Shown: positions 8,848-18,364, counted from the first letter of the stretch. The stretch is 64,000 nucleotides of DNA from Candidatus Defluviilinea proxima (GCA_016721115.1 JADKIW010000001.1:3506200-3570199); one strand, 5' to 3'. Notes: generated by a model from the sequence alone, not told the origin. Numbers and translations: made by a program.

Positions 8848-9672
8848 TTACCTCCAGGTCAAAATAAATAATACCGTCCAGAGAATACTTACGATCAACT
8901 GGCGGATTCCAATGTGTGTGGGTTTCCATCCATTTGCAGGATGCGTGATGCCCCACATCGTCTCGATCCATTGTATCAAGTATGGGAGGAAGAGAAGGCT
9001 CGGGAGAACAGCGAGTAGACTCAAAGTCAGGACTGATGCGAGATTGAAGGATGTATATAACGCGGCGCGCCATCCCATCTTCCACATCCCGCTTCTTTCT
9101 GGACTTTCGGCCTGCTCCCGTTGCTCAAGCCTTAGATATGCGTAGACGATGCTTGCCGCCGATTGAAACCAGGTGAGTATCCAAAGCCACCAGCCTGTTG
9201 GGTCATAGTGACCGATGCCCACCCAAAATGCCGCTAGCCCCGCAAGGGATAATACGCCGGTTGCGATAATTTCCACGTTGATCTGTCGTCGTTCGTCACG
9301 TTTGCTGACCAACCACAAGTGCCATGCAAAGACCAATGCACTTGGCATGGCAAGGTATAGAAGAAAGCCAAAACCGTTTAGTAGGAGCGCTGTGATTGCC
9401 AGAACAGCAATGATGCCATAGAGCGCTGTCCAAAAAAACGCGGCCGGTAATTCATCTCTTGTGCGGCGCTTGGAATAGATCTTGACGACGGTTGTTACAG
9501 GCTGACGAAGCATGAACGCGGCCATTGCGGCAACGATCAAGTTGAATGATGAAAATGTAAAAACCTTGCCCGCAAAAATGCCAACCAATAACGGACTTAG
9601 GACAAATACCCAGGAACCATGATCTTGCGGAATGGCAACATTTTTGCGCAGAAAATTATGTTTACTCGCCAC
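8848..9672 (-). CDS. YwiC-like polytopic membrane protein
   Basis: 274 aa with about 8 TM helices. The N-terminal IPQDHGSWVFVLSPLLVG resembles the YwiC family signature. Confidence 0.5.
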   Translation of the reverse strand: MASKHNFLRKNVAIPQDHGSWVFVLSPLLVGIFAGKVFTFSSFNLIVAAMAAFMLRQPVTTVVKIYSKRRTRDELPAAFFWTALYGIIAVLAITALLLNGFGFLLYLAMPSALVFAWHLWLVSKRDERRQINVEIIATGVLSLAGLAAFWVGIGHYDPTGWWLWILTWFQSAASIVYAYLRLEQREQAESPERSGMWKMGWRAALYTSFNLASVLTLSLLAVLPSLLFLPYLIQWIETMWGITHPANGWKPTHIGIRQLIVSILWTVLFILTWR

Positions 9673-9810
9673 ACTTGCATTATATCTTTAGGGTCTATGT
9701 GCGGTCATGTGACGAAAATCAGGTTATTGTATGAATTGTAGGAAGGGCGTTTGTTAGCGTCTTGCAGATGCGCCTGCCCATCAATTGTGCTAGAATCGAC
9801 GGAACTTAAT

Positions 9811-12800
9811 ATGCTTAAAGACCGCCTGATCGCATTCTTGAAGATACTTCCTGAAGAGACCCGCATGGTCTCTTTAATGGCTGTGTTGTTCTTGTGCTTG
9901 CAGGCTGGGCAGGGGTTTGGTGAGAATGCGGCATTTGCGTTGTTCCTCTCCAGCGTGAAAGTGGATTACCTGCCGTATATGTACATGGGGCTTGGGGGAG
10001 TGGTGTTCCTTGCCTCGATCTTCTTTTCAGCCAGTTTAAGCCGTTTTCAAAACTCCAGCGTTGTCGTGAACTTTTTAGCTGGGGCTATTTTGTTGTTCTC
10101 GCTGGAATGGATCTTTATTGTTTTCGCTGGCAATGCAGTTTCCTATCCTGTACTTTGGCTGACCACGTATGGTTCGGGTGTTGTATTTGGCACATTGTTA
10201 TGGACCGTAGCAGGTGAAGTGTGCGATGCGCGTCAGGCAAAACGACTTTTCCCATTGTTCACAAGCATGGGTATTTTGGGAAGCGTGTTGGGGAATTCTC
10301 TGACAGGTCTTGTCGCGAAGGCGGCTGGCACAACCAGTCTCATCATTTTCTACGTTTTATTATTGGGAATTGGTTTTGTGGTTGTACGGCGGGTGACGAA
10401 AGAATATTTCAAGACTGAGCCAGATGCCAATATCCGTTTTAGCCTGATAGATGATATTCGCGCTGGGTATCAATTTGTGCGAGGCTCGCAACTGTTTCGT
10501 TTGATCGCGCTGTCGTCCATCCTCTATTCCATTCTTTTTTTCACCGTGGACTTTCCCTTCAGTGAGCGGATCTCCATTCAATTTGCGAACGATTCTGCCG
10601 GGTTGGCGGGTTTCAAAGGCTTGTTCACGAGTTTAGTCACCGCTGTGACGTTTTTGGTCTCGTTGTTTTTGGCCAATCGTTTGTACACCAAACTGGGCAT
10701 TGTCAACAGCGTTTTGATCATGCCGATCACGTATGTTGTGACGTTCATTGTGTTCTTTGTCAGTTTTAATTTCTGGGGTGCTGTTGGCGCACGTTTCGGT
10801 CAGTTGGTGATTTTGGGCGGACTTGGCGGCACAGCGTGGAATGCTTTGTTCAATGTAGTGCCCTCTGAACGGCGCGGACAAGTACTGTCTTTTAATAACG
10901 GTGTCCCAGCTCAAATCGGCGTTGTACTTTCTGGCCTCTTAATCATCCTCAGTCGACGGGCTCTGGAGACACAGGATATCCTCCTGTTGGGTCTGACGAT
11001 CGCGATCGTTACGGTGCAAGTCACACGTAAGATGCGCCCCGCCTACGGGGAAGCGTTGTTAAGCGCTTTGCGTGCGGGGCGTGTGGAAGTATTCAGTGAA
11101 GAGGCTGATGATTTCGCTGGGTATCAAAACGACCCGATGGCCCTGGAAGTGACTCGTGATGCGCTTAACGACCCGCGCCCTCTTACGCGCCGACTGGCCG
11201 TGGAGATGTTGGCTCGCATGGGTGGCAAGACTGCCGCGCATGATATTGTCGAGCACTTGAACGATGAGGATGCTTCTGTCCGTGCGGCGGCTGTGGGTGC
11301 CTTGGTTGATTTGGATGCGAAGGATTCTTTCAAACATGTCATCATGGGATTGGACGACGAGAGTGATGAAGTACGTGAACAGACTCTCGCGGCTCTTCCC
11401 AAGCTGGAAGTTGCCTCAACACCCGAACTGATTCGTACCCTTGAGCGTTTGCTCGAAAACCCCAACCTCAAGATCGCTTCGCATGCCGCGATCGTGTTGC
11501 TATATCTTGGTGAAACATCCAGAGCCCTTGCGTTTGTTGCAAAGACTTTCAAAGACAAGGATCCTATTCATCGCATCACTCCGTTTTCCTCGTATCGCGT
11601 GATTGCTTCCATGGTGAATACTGTTATTCCTTTTGATAAGGGATTGGTACGCGCAGCCCTTCATGACCCTGCTCCTGTAGTTCGCCGCGAGGCCGCGAGG
11701 ATTGTTTCCTTTTTGATGGATGAGTCCATTGTCGATGATGTAATTACTTTGCTCGGTGACCCAGATACGATGGTGAAGAGAAATGCGTCAGAATCGCTGA
11801 AGCAGAATTGGGATATATCGAGAGGCGTCTTAATTCGTATGTTGCAAGAGGCCGACGAGTCCATTATTGCGCCTGTCATGGATTCCATCCCTACTGGCGA
11901 CGCGGGAATATTGGATGCGCTCTTGACTCGTATTCACCGTGAAGTAGCATGGATCCAGTATTTGCGCGCGTTAGTGGAGCCGCTCCCGCTTAAGGGGCGA
12001 ATGACAAAACTGCTGGTCTATATTTTGCGGTATCGCATTTTGTTGCGTGAAGAACGATTGGTAAAAGCTGTAGGTTTGTTTGGCGATCAACGTGCCATGA
12101 ACCTGGTGCGTGCCGCCTTGGTGGAAGGTGATGCTTCTGCAAGAGCCGCTGCTTTGGAAGCTCTGGAAACATTGGGCGATAAGCGTGTCACTGCAGAGGT
12201 GTTGCCGATATTGGAGAGTGACTCCAGTGATATGTTAGCTCCATTTACGCTTACAGACGCGATGAAAGAATTGTTGAAAGATCAGGACCCTGAACTGCGG
12301 TCGCTGGCTATGTTTGTGATCGCAGAACTTGCGTTGGAAGAGTTTGTTCCGAAACTACGGGAACTTTCTGTAAGTGACGATAAATTAACTGTAAGCATGG
12401 CGCGTGACGCCCTTTCGCGCATGGGAGGTACTTCCATTATGAAGACATCCAAAAATATAAAGACCTTGCGAACATTGACCACGCTGGACCGCATCCTGTT
12501 TTTCCGTGAGGTGCCTATGTTCTCGCGTCTCACGCCAGATGACCTTGAGCGTATCGCAGAGATTGCTGAAGAACAGTTATTTCTGGAAGGTTCTTTCCTG
12601 TGTCGTGAAGGGGAACGAGGCGATACATTGTTCATCATTACTGATGGTATGGTGGATGTGGTGAAGACCTCTGGGAATGTTGAAACTGTTTTAGCTACAC
12701 AAAGCGTAGGCAGTTATGTAGGGGAAATGGCCGTGTTAGAATCGGCGCCTCGTTCGGCCACGTTACGAGCGCGCAGTAATGTGCGCGCACTGGTAATTAA

Positions 12801-12915
12801 TGGAGATGCGTTCAACACCATCCTTTTGGATCGCCCGGAAGTGGCCGTCTCTGTTTTACAACACATGTCCCACCGTGTGCGCGAGTTGAATCAACGCGTC
12901 GGTGTGTCGGCTTGA
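9811..12915 (+). CDS. TLC/MFS-type transporter fused to HEAT repeats and a C-terminal cyclic-nucleotide-binding domain
   Basis: About 12 TM helices at the N-terminus. The central part has repeated ...DEDASVRAAAVGAL.. HEAT units. The C-terminal cNMP fold contains GEMAVLESAPRSATLRA. The ATG at 9811 is preferred over the TTG at 9751. Confidence 0.7.
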   Translation: MLKDRLIAFLKILPEETRMVSLMAVLFLCLQAGQGFGENAAFALFLSSVKVDYLPYMYMGLGGVVFLASIFFSASLSRFQNSSVVVNFLAGAILLFSLEWIFIVFAGNAVSYPVLWLTTYGSGVVFGTLLWTVAGEVCDARQAKRLFPLFTSMGILGSVLGNSLTGLVAKAAGTTSLIIFYVLLLGIGFVVVRRVTKEYFKTEPDANIRFSLIDDIRAGYQFVRGSQLFRLIALSSILYSILFFTVDFPFSERISIQFANDSAGLAGFKGLFTSLVTAVTFLVSLFLANRLYTKLGIVNSVLIMPITYVVTFIVFFVSFNFWGAVGARFGQLVILGGLGGTAWNALFNVVPSERRGQVLSFNNGVPAQIGVVLSGLLIILSRRALETQDILLLGLTIAIVTVQVTRKMRPAYGEALLSALRAGRVEVFSEEADDFAGYQNDPMALEVTRDALNDPRPLTRRLAVEMLARMGGKTAAHDIVEHLNDEDASVRAAAVGALVDLDAKDSFKHVIMGLDDESDEVREQTLAALPKLEVASTPELIRTLERLLENPNLKIASHAAIVLLYLGETSRALAFVAKTFKDKDPIHRITPFSSYRVIASMVNTVIPFDKGLVRAALHDPAPVVRREAARIVSFLMDESIVDDVITLLGDPDTMVKRNASESLKQNWDISRGVLIRMLQEADESIIAPVMDSIPTGDAGILDALLTRIHREVAWIQYLRALVEPLPLKGRMTKLLVYILRYRILLREERLVKAVGLFGDQRAMNLVRAALVEGDASARAAALEALETLGDKRVTAEVLPILESDSSDMLAPFTLTDAMKELLKDQDPELRSLAMFVIAELALEEFVPKLRELSVSDDKLTVSMARDALSRMGGTSIMKTSKNIKTLRTLTTLDRILFFREVPMFSRLTPDDLERIAEIAEEQLFLEGSFLCREGERGDTLFIITDGMVDVVKTSGNVETVLATQSVGSYVGEMAVLESAPRSATLRARSNVRALVINGDAFNTILLDRPEVAVSVLQHMSHRVRELNQRVGVSA

Positions 12916-12940
12916 TGTTATATTATTTTCAATGGAGTGA

Positions 12941-13666
12941 ATGAGAATGGCAAACAAGAAAAAGATCGAAGAACAATTGGAAGCAGAGCGAAAGGAACGG
13001 CAGGCGCGCTATATACAGATCGGCGGCGCACTTGTTGTCCTTTTGTTGATCGTGTTGGGATTTTGGTTCTTCTCACCGAAGGCCCCGGCAGATGTTCCTG
13101 CCGCCGCTGTGAGTGTAGGAACCCAACCTGCTTGTGATATTTTTGCAGATATTCCGGTGGCTTCCCAGTATAGTGCGCCCCCCATTAAGATCGATCCAGC
13201 AAAACAATATTTTGCGACAGTTAAAATGGCCAACGGCGGCGAGTTCGTGATGCAGTTATACCCCGATAAGGCACCGATCACTGTAAACAGTTTTGTATTC
13301 CTTGCCTGTAAGGGCTTCTTCAATGGCGTGACGTTCCACCGTGTGCTCGAAGGCTTCATGGCGCAAGGCGGTGACCCGACAGGCACAGGCGGTGGTGGAC
13401 CTGGCTATCAGTTTGTGAATGAAGATAGCGATCTTGTGTTCGATAAAGAAGGCGTGGTTGCCATGGCGAATGCAGGCCGTGACACGAATGGCAGTCAGTT
13501 CTTCATTACATTTGGCCCAGCTGACTTTTTGAATGGTAGCTACACCATTTTTGGGCAGATAGTGCAAGGCATGGATGTGGTCAATGGCATTACGAAACGT
13601 GATCCTGAGCAAAACCCGTCCTTTACGGGTGATGTGATGGAGAGCGTGACGATCACAGTGCCGTAG
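12941..13666 (+). CDS. Membrane-anchored cyclophilin-type peptidyl-prolyl isomerase
   Basis: Contains FHRVLEGFMAQGGDPTGTGGGGPGY and VAMANAGRDTNGSQFFITF. An N-terminal TM helix is present. Confidence 0.9.
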   Translation: MRMANKKKIEEQLEAERKERQARYIQIGGALVVLLLIVLGFWFFSPKAPADVPAAAVSVGTQPACDIFADIPVASQYSAPPIKIDPAKQYFATVKMANGGEFVMQLYPDKAPITVNSFVFLACKGFFNGVTFHRVLEGFMAQGGDPTGTGGGGPGYQFVNEDSDLVFDKEGVVAMANAGRDTNGSQFFITFGPADFLNGSYTIFGQIVQGMDVVNGITKRDPEQNPSFTGDVMESVTITVP

Positions 13667-13683
13667 CGAAGAAGCTGTAGAAC

Positions 13684-13724
13684 AAAAAGGACCTCGCAGA
13701 ATGAACTGCGAGGTCCTTTTTGTT
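13684..13724. terminator. Bidirectional rho-independent terminator
   Basis: Stem GGACCTCGCAG (13689-13699) pairs with CTGCGAGGTCC (13706-13716). It is flanked by an A-tract and a T-tract and lies between convergent genes. Confidence 0.8.
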
Positions 13725-13741
13725 TATTATTGTTGAGTTTG

Positions 13742-15052
13742 TTAACCACAACCTCCGCCAGATTTGTCACGCTTTAGTTGAAGTTTGATCTTGGCTTCGA
13801 ATTCCAGTTTTTCATATTCGATTGGACTCGGATCACAGGATTCGTAGCGGTCGCCCAAGGCGGCAGGGAAGATATAGGCCAATTGATCGGGAGCAGGTTT
13901 CGGGTTGGGTTGAACCGCCTGGAGCGTCTTGTCTTCTTTACCGAAGAAGGCGATCCAGTTGTTGACTCCACCTTCAAGAATGTAAACGTTCGGGACTGTG
14001 GAAGCGACAAGAGTCTTCCATGTTTTGACGGCGGCGGTCTCGTCGTTGCTCATCAGGATGAAAACGGAATTTGCAGGTGGCTCACTGAGTAATAAAGGAA
14101 TGACTTCCTCGATGCGTTCGGTGGGAATGTTGACAGCGCCTTCGATGTGGTACAAGTTGTAATCAGCCTCAGAGCGCACATCCAGATATATTAGGTTCAT
14201 CGATTGGTTGTACTTTGCCTTGAACGCTTCGGCAGGCGAAACGAAAACCAAGCGATTGGACAACATTTCGTCTGCAGTGTAGATAACGGTGTTGACAATG
14301 GGGTCAGCATTGAGTTGCGGGATGGTCTCCGTTCGGGTAAAGGTGAGCTTGTTATATTTTTGTTCAAGCGATGGTGAGCCGATGAAAACGACTGCGAGGG
14401 CGAGGACGACCAGTGCGCCAGCGCCTACAATGCGAAGTTTGGGCTCTTTGCTCATATCTTTTTTACCGATGATGCGTTCGAGTTGTTCGGAGCCCCAGAA
14501 CATGAAGAGTGCCATCAATACGACAAGTAGGACTACAACACCGATCGGGAGATGGAAGACTTGGTCAAGTGTGACACGTCCGTAGTAACCTGCATTGTTG
14601 TACCATTGGGTGAAGTATTGCTCGGTCTCACCGAAGAGGAAGGCGCCAACGAAGCCGCCAGCCATGAAGAACATGCCGTCTATCTTGCCAGTGGACGCGG
14701 ATGCGAGCGAAGTCGTGGGGCAGAAGCCGCCGATGATGAAGCCTACGCCCATGATGAGCCCGCCCACAATGCCAGATGCAAGATACGTTGGATTGACCCA
14801 GACTTGACTGAAGTTGAGAATGCCAAGCCCGACTGCGCCGAAGAGCAATACCATCGCAGTGACAATAGCGGTAAACATGACCTTGAGCACGGTAAGTTCG
14901 GTGAAGTAGAACTGTGCGGCGAGTTTGCGGGAGTCACCGAAGCCAGACATTTCGAGAGTGAAGCCGAAAGCAAAACCGATAACGCCGAAGAGCACGTACG
15001 TCCACGGGTTTGCGGCGCTTACAGCGATAAATTCAGGAAGAGGAAAGTTCAT
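13742..15052 (-). CDS. YeeE/YedE-family sulfur-compound transporter half fused to a rhodanese-like domain
   Basis: The N-terminal membrane part carries GGFCPTTSLASAS. The C-terminal part, YLDVRSEADYNLYHIEGAVNIP, is a rhodanese fold. The active-site position reads MSNDETA (no Cys). The protein ends in KSGGGCG. Confidence 0.8.
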   Translation of the reverse strand: MNFPLPEFIAVSAANPWTYVLFGVIGFAFGFTLEMSGFGDSRKLAAQFYFTELTVLKVMFTAIVTAMVLLFGAVGLGILNFSQVWVNPTYLASGIVGGLIMGVGFIIGGFCPTTSLASASTGKIDGMFFMAGGFVGAFLFGETEQYFTQWYNNAGYYGRVTLDQVFHLPIGVVVLLVVLMALFMFWGSEQLERIIGKKDMSKEPKLRIVGAGALVVLALAVVFIGSPSLEQKYNKLTFTRTETIPQLNADPIVNTVIYTADEMLSNRLVFVSPAEAFKAKYNQSMNLIYLDVRSEADYNLYHIEGAVNIPTERIEEVIPLLLSEPPANSVFILMSNDETAAVKTWKTLVASTVPNVYILEGGVNNWIAFFGKEDKTLQAVQPNPKPAPDQLAYIFPAALGDRYESCDPSPIEYEKLEFEAKIKLQLKRDKSGGGCG

Positions 15053-15061
15053 AGGATACTC

Positions 15062-15613
15062 CTAGTTCCATAACTTTCTTACAAAATATGCCAGTCCATA
15101 TGCGCCGCCAAATATGGCGAACATGACTGCCCACGAGCCAGCGGAAAGAGTTGCTCCACCTGAAAGTGCCTGACCGGATGTGCATCCACGTGCCATCCGC
15201 GCTCCGTAGAGGAAAAGTACTCCGCCGAGGAATGCCATGAGCCAGCGTGTGCGATCTGAGATGTTCGGCCCTTTGGTCGTCATGAACTTGAGACGTCCAT
15301 TGAACAAGCCCGAGGAGAAACCGCCAAGTAATGCGCCGAAGAATACAGGCACGATCCAATCGTCCATTGGGTTTTTATCGCCGCCCGCCATTTTTAGTAA
15401 ATATGGATTGTTGTCCACGTGGGAGGGCGAGATGGCATCCACAAGGGCGGCATCAATGCGGCTGGTTGCGCCCGAGGAGCCGAGACCATTACCTGTGAGG
15501 AAAAAGGCAAGGAAGAGTACAATGCCAAGCACCACGCCTCCAAAATAGGGATGCACGTATGCTCTTTCGGGTCGGTTGAAAATACTTTTCTTGGTAGCAG
15601 GAGCAGTTGTCAT
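15062..15613 (-). CDS. YeeE/YedE-family transporter half
   Basis: 183 aa with the conserved ARGCTSGQALSG motif. Its start overlaps the stop of the upstream cytochrome gene (TAATG, 15611-15615). Confidence 0.8.
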   Translation of the reverse strand: MTTAPATKKSIFNRPERAYVHPYFGGVVLGIVLFLAFFLTGNGLGSSGATSRIDAALVDAISPSHVDNNPYLLKMAGGDKNPMDDWIVPVFFGALLGGFSSGLFNGRLKFMTTKGPNISDRTRWLMAFLGGVLFLYGARMARGCTSGQALSGGATLSAGSWAVMFAIFGGAYGLAYFVRKLWN

Positions 15614-18354
15614 TATTTTTTCTCCTTCTTTTCTTTTTTATCTTCTTTCACTTCCACGTGTTCATGTTTTTCGACTTCTTCATACCCCGTCACCATTGCC
15701 CTCATCGCCTCAAGCGGAGTTGCGCCAGTGGTGGTCATGTACACATGTACGAGGATGAAGGTTGCGAAGGTCCATGCGACAAGCGAGTGGAACGGCGCGA
15801 GGAATGGAAGTCCGCCCAAAATGTTCGGGTACTTTTGCACAAGCCACATCAATGCGCCCGTGATGATCTGCAATGGCAACAACACATTCAAGATGCCGAA
15901 GTATGTTGCCTTTTGGATCGGGTTCATACGGCTATCGGGTCGCTTTTCAAAAGGATGCCCTTCACCCTTGAAGATTCCGCTGATGTAATACTTCGCCTGC
16001 AAAATCGCATCGTCGAAAAATCCGTAAGGACGCGGGATGAATTCCCGAATACGGTCAGTGGCTAGGTGATAGAACAACGAGAGGATCGCGTTCACGACCA
16101 ATATCACCGCCAGCACGTTGTGCACTGTTACTACTCCACGGAATGAGAATGCACCGAAGATATCAGGTCTGTGAATGATGAGTCCTGTGAACAACAAAAT
16201 GACGATGGATGCGGTCTGGAGCCAATGCCAGAACCTGCGATAGGGCTCGTACATATAAACCCGCTCGGTTCTTACTGGACCGTGAGCCTGCTTCCTGGAC
16301 GAGAAATATCTCAGCGTCCCATGCCCGACCACACCTAAGAGCGAACCGACGAACATCAGCGCGCCGAGCCAGTCGATCCAGTTGACACGGCTCGAACCAA
16401 AGACATACATTTTGTCATTGGCAGGGACGGGGTTGTAATAAACAGCGCCATCTGCGCCTGTGACAATTTCGCCAGATGCATTGACGTTGTTGTTCGCATC
16501 AAAGACAGGCAACGTGCCGTTCGGTGCATAGCCTGACAGCATGATGGGTTGCGAAACACGAGACTCGTCATTGTGACAGGCTTTGCAGTCGTTGACGGCA
16601 TTCTCGCCACGAGTCACGTTGTGGTTGATGCTATAGGGTTGAGACAACCCTTCGATGCGGGGATTATTGAGGCCGAGTGCAGTGAGTTTGGCCTTGACGG
16701 CTTCTTCTTTTGCAGAAGAGTCGATCTTGAGTTCAGTGTCGCTGAGTGAACCATCTTTGTTCGCGTCGAAAGTAGACATCACGTCAGCGGCGTATTTGCT
16801 ATCTTCGAAGTACGCAGATTCAAGGTCCATGAGGCGAACGGGGCGTTTATTCCCAGTTGCATCATCGTAGACCCAGTAATATGTAGTGATGAGATTGTAC
16901 GGGGCGAGCAGTTGGTCGCCGTCAATATTATTGCGGTTGAGCAGAACGGGTTTGTATCCTGTTACAAGCGAAGTGACGGAGTTGGGATCACCTTCGATGC
17001 CACGACATGTTTTGACAGGCTCGTTATTCGTTGTAAGAACTGTCCAATCATAGGATTGAATAGCAGGAGCATACATCTGCGGAATGTGGCAGGTTTCGCA
17101 GGCGACAGCGTTCATGTGTGTGTCGATGTACGGAAGCCAATCCGCGTGTCCCTTTTTGGCATCGTGGCAGGATTCACAGCGGCGCATCGTGCCTTTAAGT
17201 TCTGGCGCAATGGTAAATTGTGCGCTTTGTCCACGTGCGAAGTTGTGATCAGGTTGTTTGAGATACTCGCCGATATCGAGCTTTCGTGGATCGTAGAGCA
17301 GATGGCTGGGCTGGGACTTTTGTGAAACATCAGAATACACAGGATTGTTGATGGAGAAGTGACAATCGGTGCATTGCAGTTGACGTTCGGCATGAATATC
17401 CCATGAGCGATTAGCTTCCGCTTTGTTGCTCAGGTTGATGCCTGATTCAGAAATTTTTTGTGATGCAACAACTTGCCCTGTTGTGGCCGTCTGTGGGTTA
17501 TTCAAATCACAGGCGGTGATGGTCAGCGGCTCGATTGCGTCTGTGTGAACTTCGCCATGACATGCGGCGCAATTGGCGTTGGTGGGATCTTGGATCTTGA
17601 TGACGTCAGCTTTGAGTTCACTGTTTTCGTTGAATGATTCAGGGTTCCAGGTCCATGTGTCTGTGGAGCCATCATGTTCAGCAATGCCAAGACCGAGAAG
17701 AGTCGCTGTGTTGGCGTTACCGAACCATCCGCTTCGAATGAAACCTGCCCTTGCGGCAGTATTGGGGCTTTCGATGTGACATAGGAAACAGTTCATTTCC
17801 ATCGTGCCAGAAGCGTTCCAATCCCAGGCTTCGACATTTCCATTTTTATTCAGGATGGCTGTCTCGTAATTCTTCGATGTACTTGAAATAGAAGTGAGAG
17901 CTTGTCCTTCTCGTGATGTTTCAGCAGGACCTCCGCCGACAACACGTGAGCCGTTCAACTTCAACCATTCCGCTGTGGACATGTCTAGGCGTTCGTCGCC
18001 TGTCTGTGAGAGATAGCGATAGGTGAGCGGGTCCCATTTGCCGAATGTGCCTGTGCTGGCGTTGAAGTCTTTGGTGTTTTTGTAGTCGCTCAGTCCGAGA
18101 TCGGAATGAAAAGCGTGTTGTTGAATGAACTTGGTGTCGTGACATTGTCCGCAGGTTTGCATGGTGGAAATAGATTTACCTGATGTCAGTACATTATCGC
18201 CATTGGAGTCAAGCAAGGCAAAGTCTGGGTGTAAGGGAGATGCTTGGGATGTTGAAGCAGGCTCAGGTTGGGCAAGAACCGTTCCAATCCCAAAGGCGGA
18301 TACTACGATGAGCAGTCCGATAACGATGAGTAGGTTGCGTTTTGAAATGTTCAT
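15613..18354 (-). CDS. Heptahaem c-type cytochrome domain fused to a b-type cytochrome membrane module (FdnI/PhsC/HydC-like)
   Basis: The start was trimmed to MNISKRNLLIVIGLLIV (signal or anchor). Seven CXXCH motifs are present: CGQCH, CFLCH, CAACH, CTDCH, CESCH, CETCH, CKACH. The C-terminus has about 5 TM helices with conserved His (FWHWLQ, VHNVL, FYHL, FHSL, LVHVY). The tail is KEDKKEKKEKK. Confidence 0.8.
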   Translation of the reverse strand: MNISKRNLLIVIGLLIVVSAFGIGTVLAQPEPASTSQASPLHPDFALLDSNGDNVLTSGKSISTMQTCGQCHDTKFIQQHAFHSDLGLSDYKNTKDFNASTGTFGKWDPLTYRYLSQTGDERLDMSTAEWLKLNGSRVVGGGPAETSREGQALTSISSTSKNYETAILNKNGNVEAWDWNASGTMEMNCFLCHIESPNTAARAGFIRSGWFGNANTATLLGLGIAEHDGSTDTWTWNPESFNENSELKADVIKIQDPTNANCAACHGEVHTDAIEPLTITACDLNNPQTATTGQVVASQKISESGINLSNKAEANRSWDIHAERQLQCTDCHFSINNPVYSDVSQKSQPSHLLYDPRKLDIGEYLKQPDHNFARGQSAQFTIAPELKGTMRRCESCHDAKKGHADWLPYIDTHMNAVACETCHIPQMYAPAIQSYDWTVLTTNNEPVKTCRGIEGDPNSVTSLVTGYKPVLLNRNNIDGDQLLAPYNLITTYYWVYDDATGNKRPVRLMDLESAYFEDSKYAADVMSTFDANKDGSLSDTELKIDSSAKEEAVKAKLTALGLNNPRIEGLSQPYSINHNVTRGENAVNDCKACHNDESRVSQPIMLSGYAPNGTLPVFDANNNVNASGEIVTGADGAVYYNPVPANDKMYVFGSSRVNWIDWLGALMFVGSLLGVVGHGTLRYFSSRKQAHGPVRTERVYMYEPYRRFWHWLQTASIVILLFTGLIIHRPDIFGAFSFRGVVTVHNVLAVILVVNAILSLFYHLATDRIREFIPRPYGFFDDAILQAKYYISGIFKGEGHPFEKRPDSRMNPIQKATYFGILNVLLPLQIITGALMWLVQKYPNILGGLPFLAPFHSLVAWTFATFILVHVYMTTTGATPLEAMRAMVTGYEEVEKHEHVEVKEDKKEKKEKK

Positions 18355-18364
18355 GTCCGTTTGC

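Noticed and set aside
15419-16065. Plus-strand ORFs 15419-15988, 15576-15758 and 15607-16065
   Set aside because: They lie antisense to the YeeE and cytochrome genes. Their Phe/Ser-rich low-complexity sequence is simply the complement of the Lys/Glu-rich tail codons.
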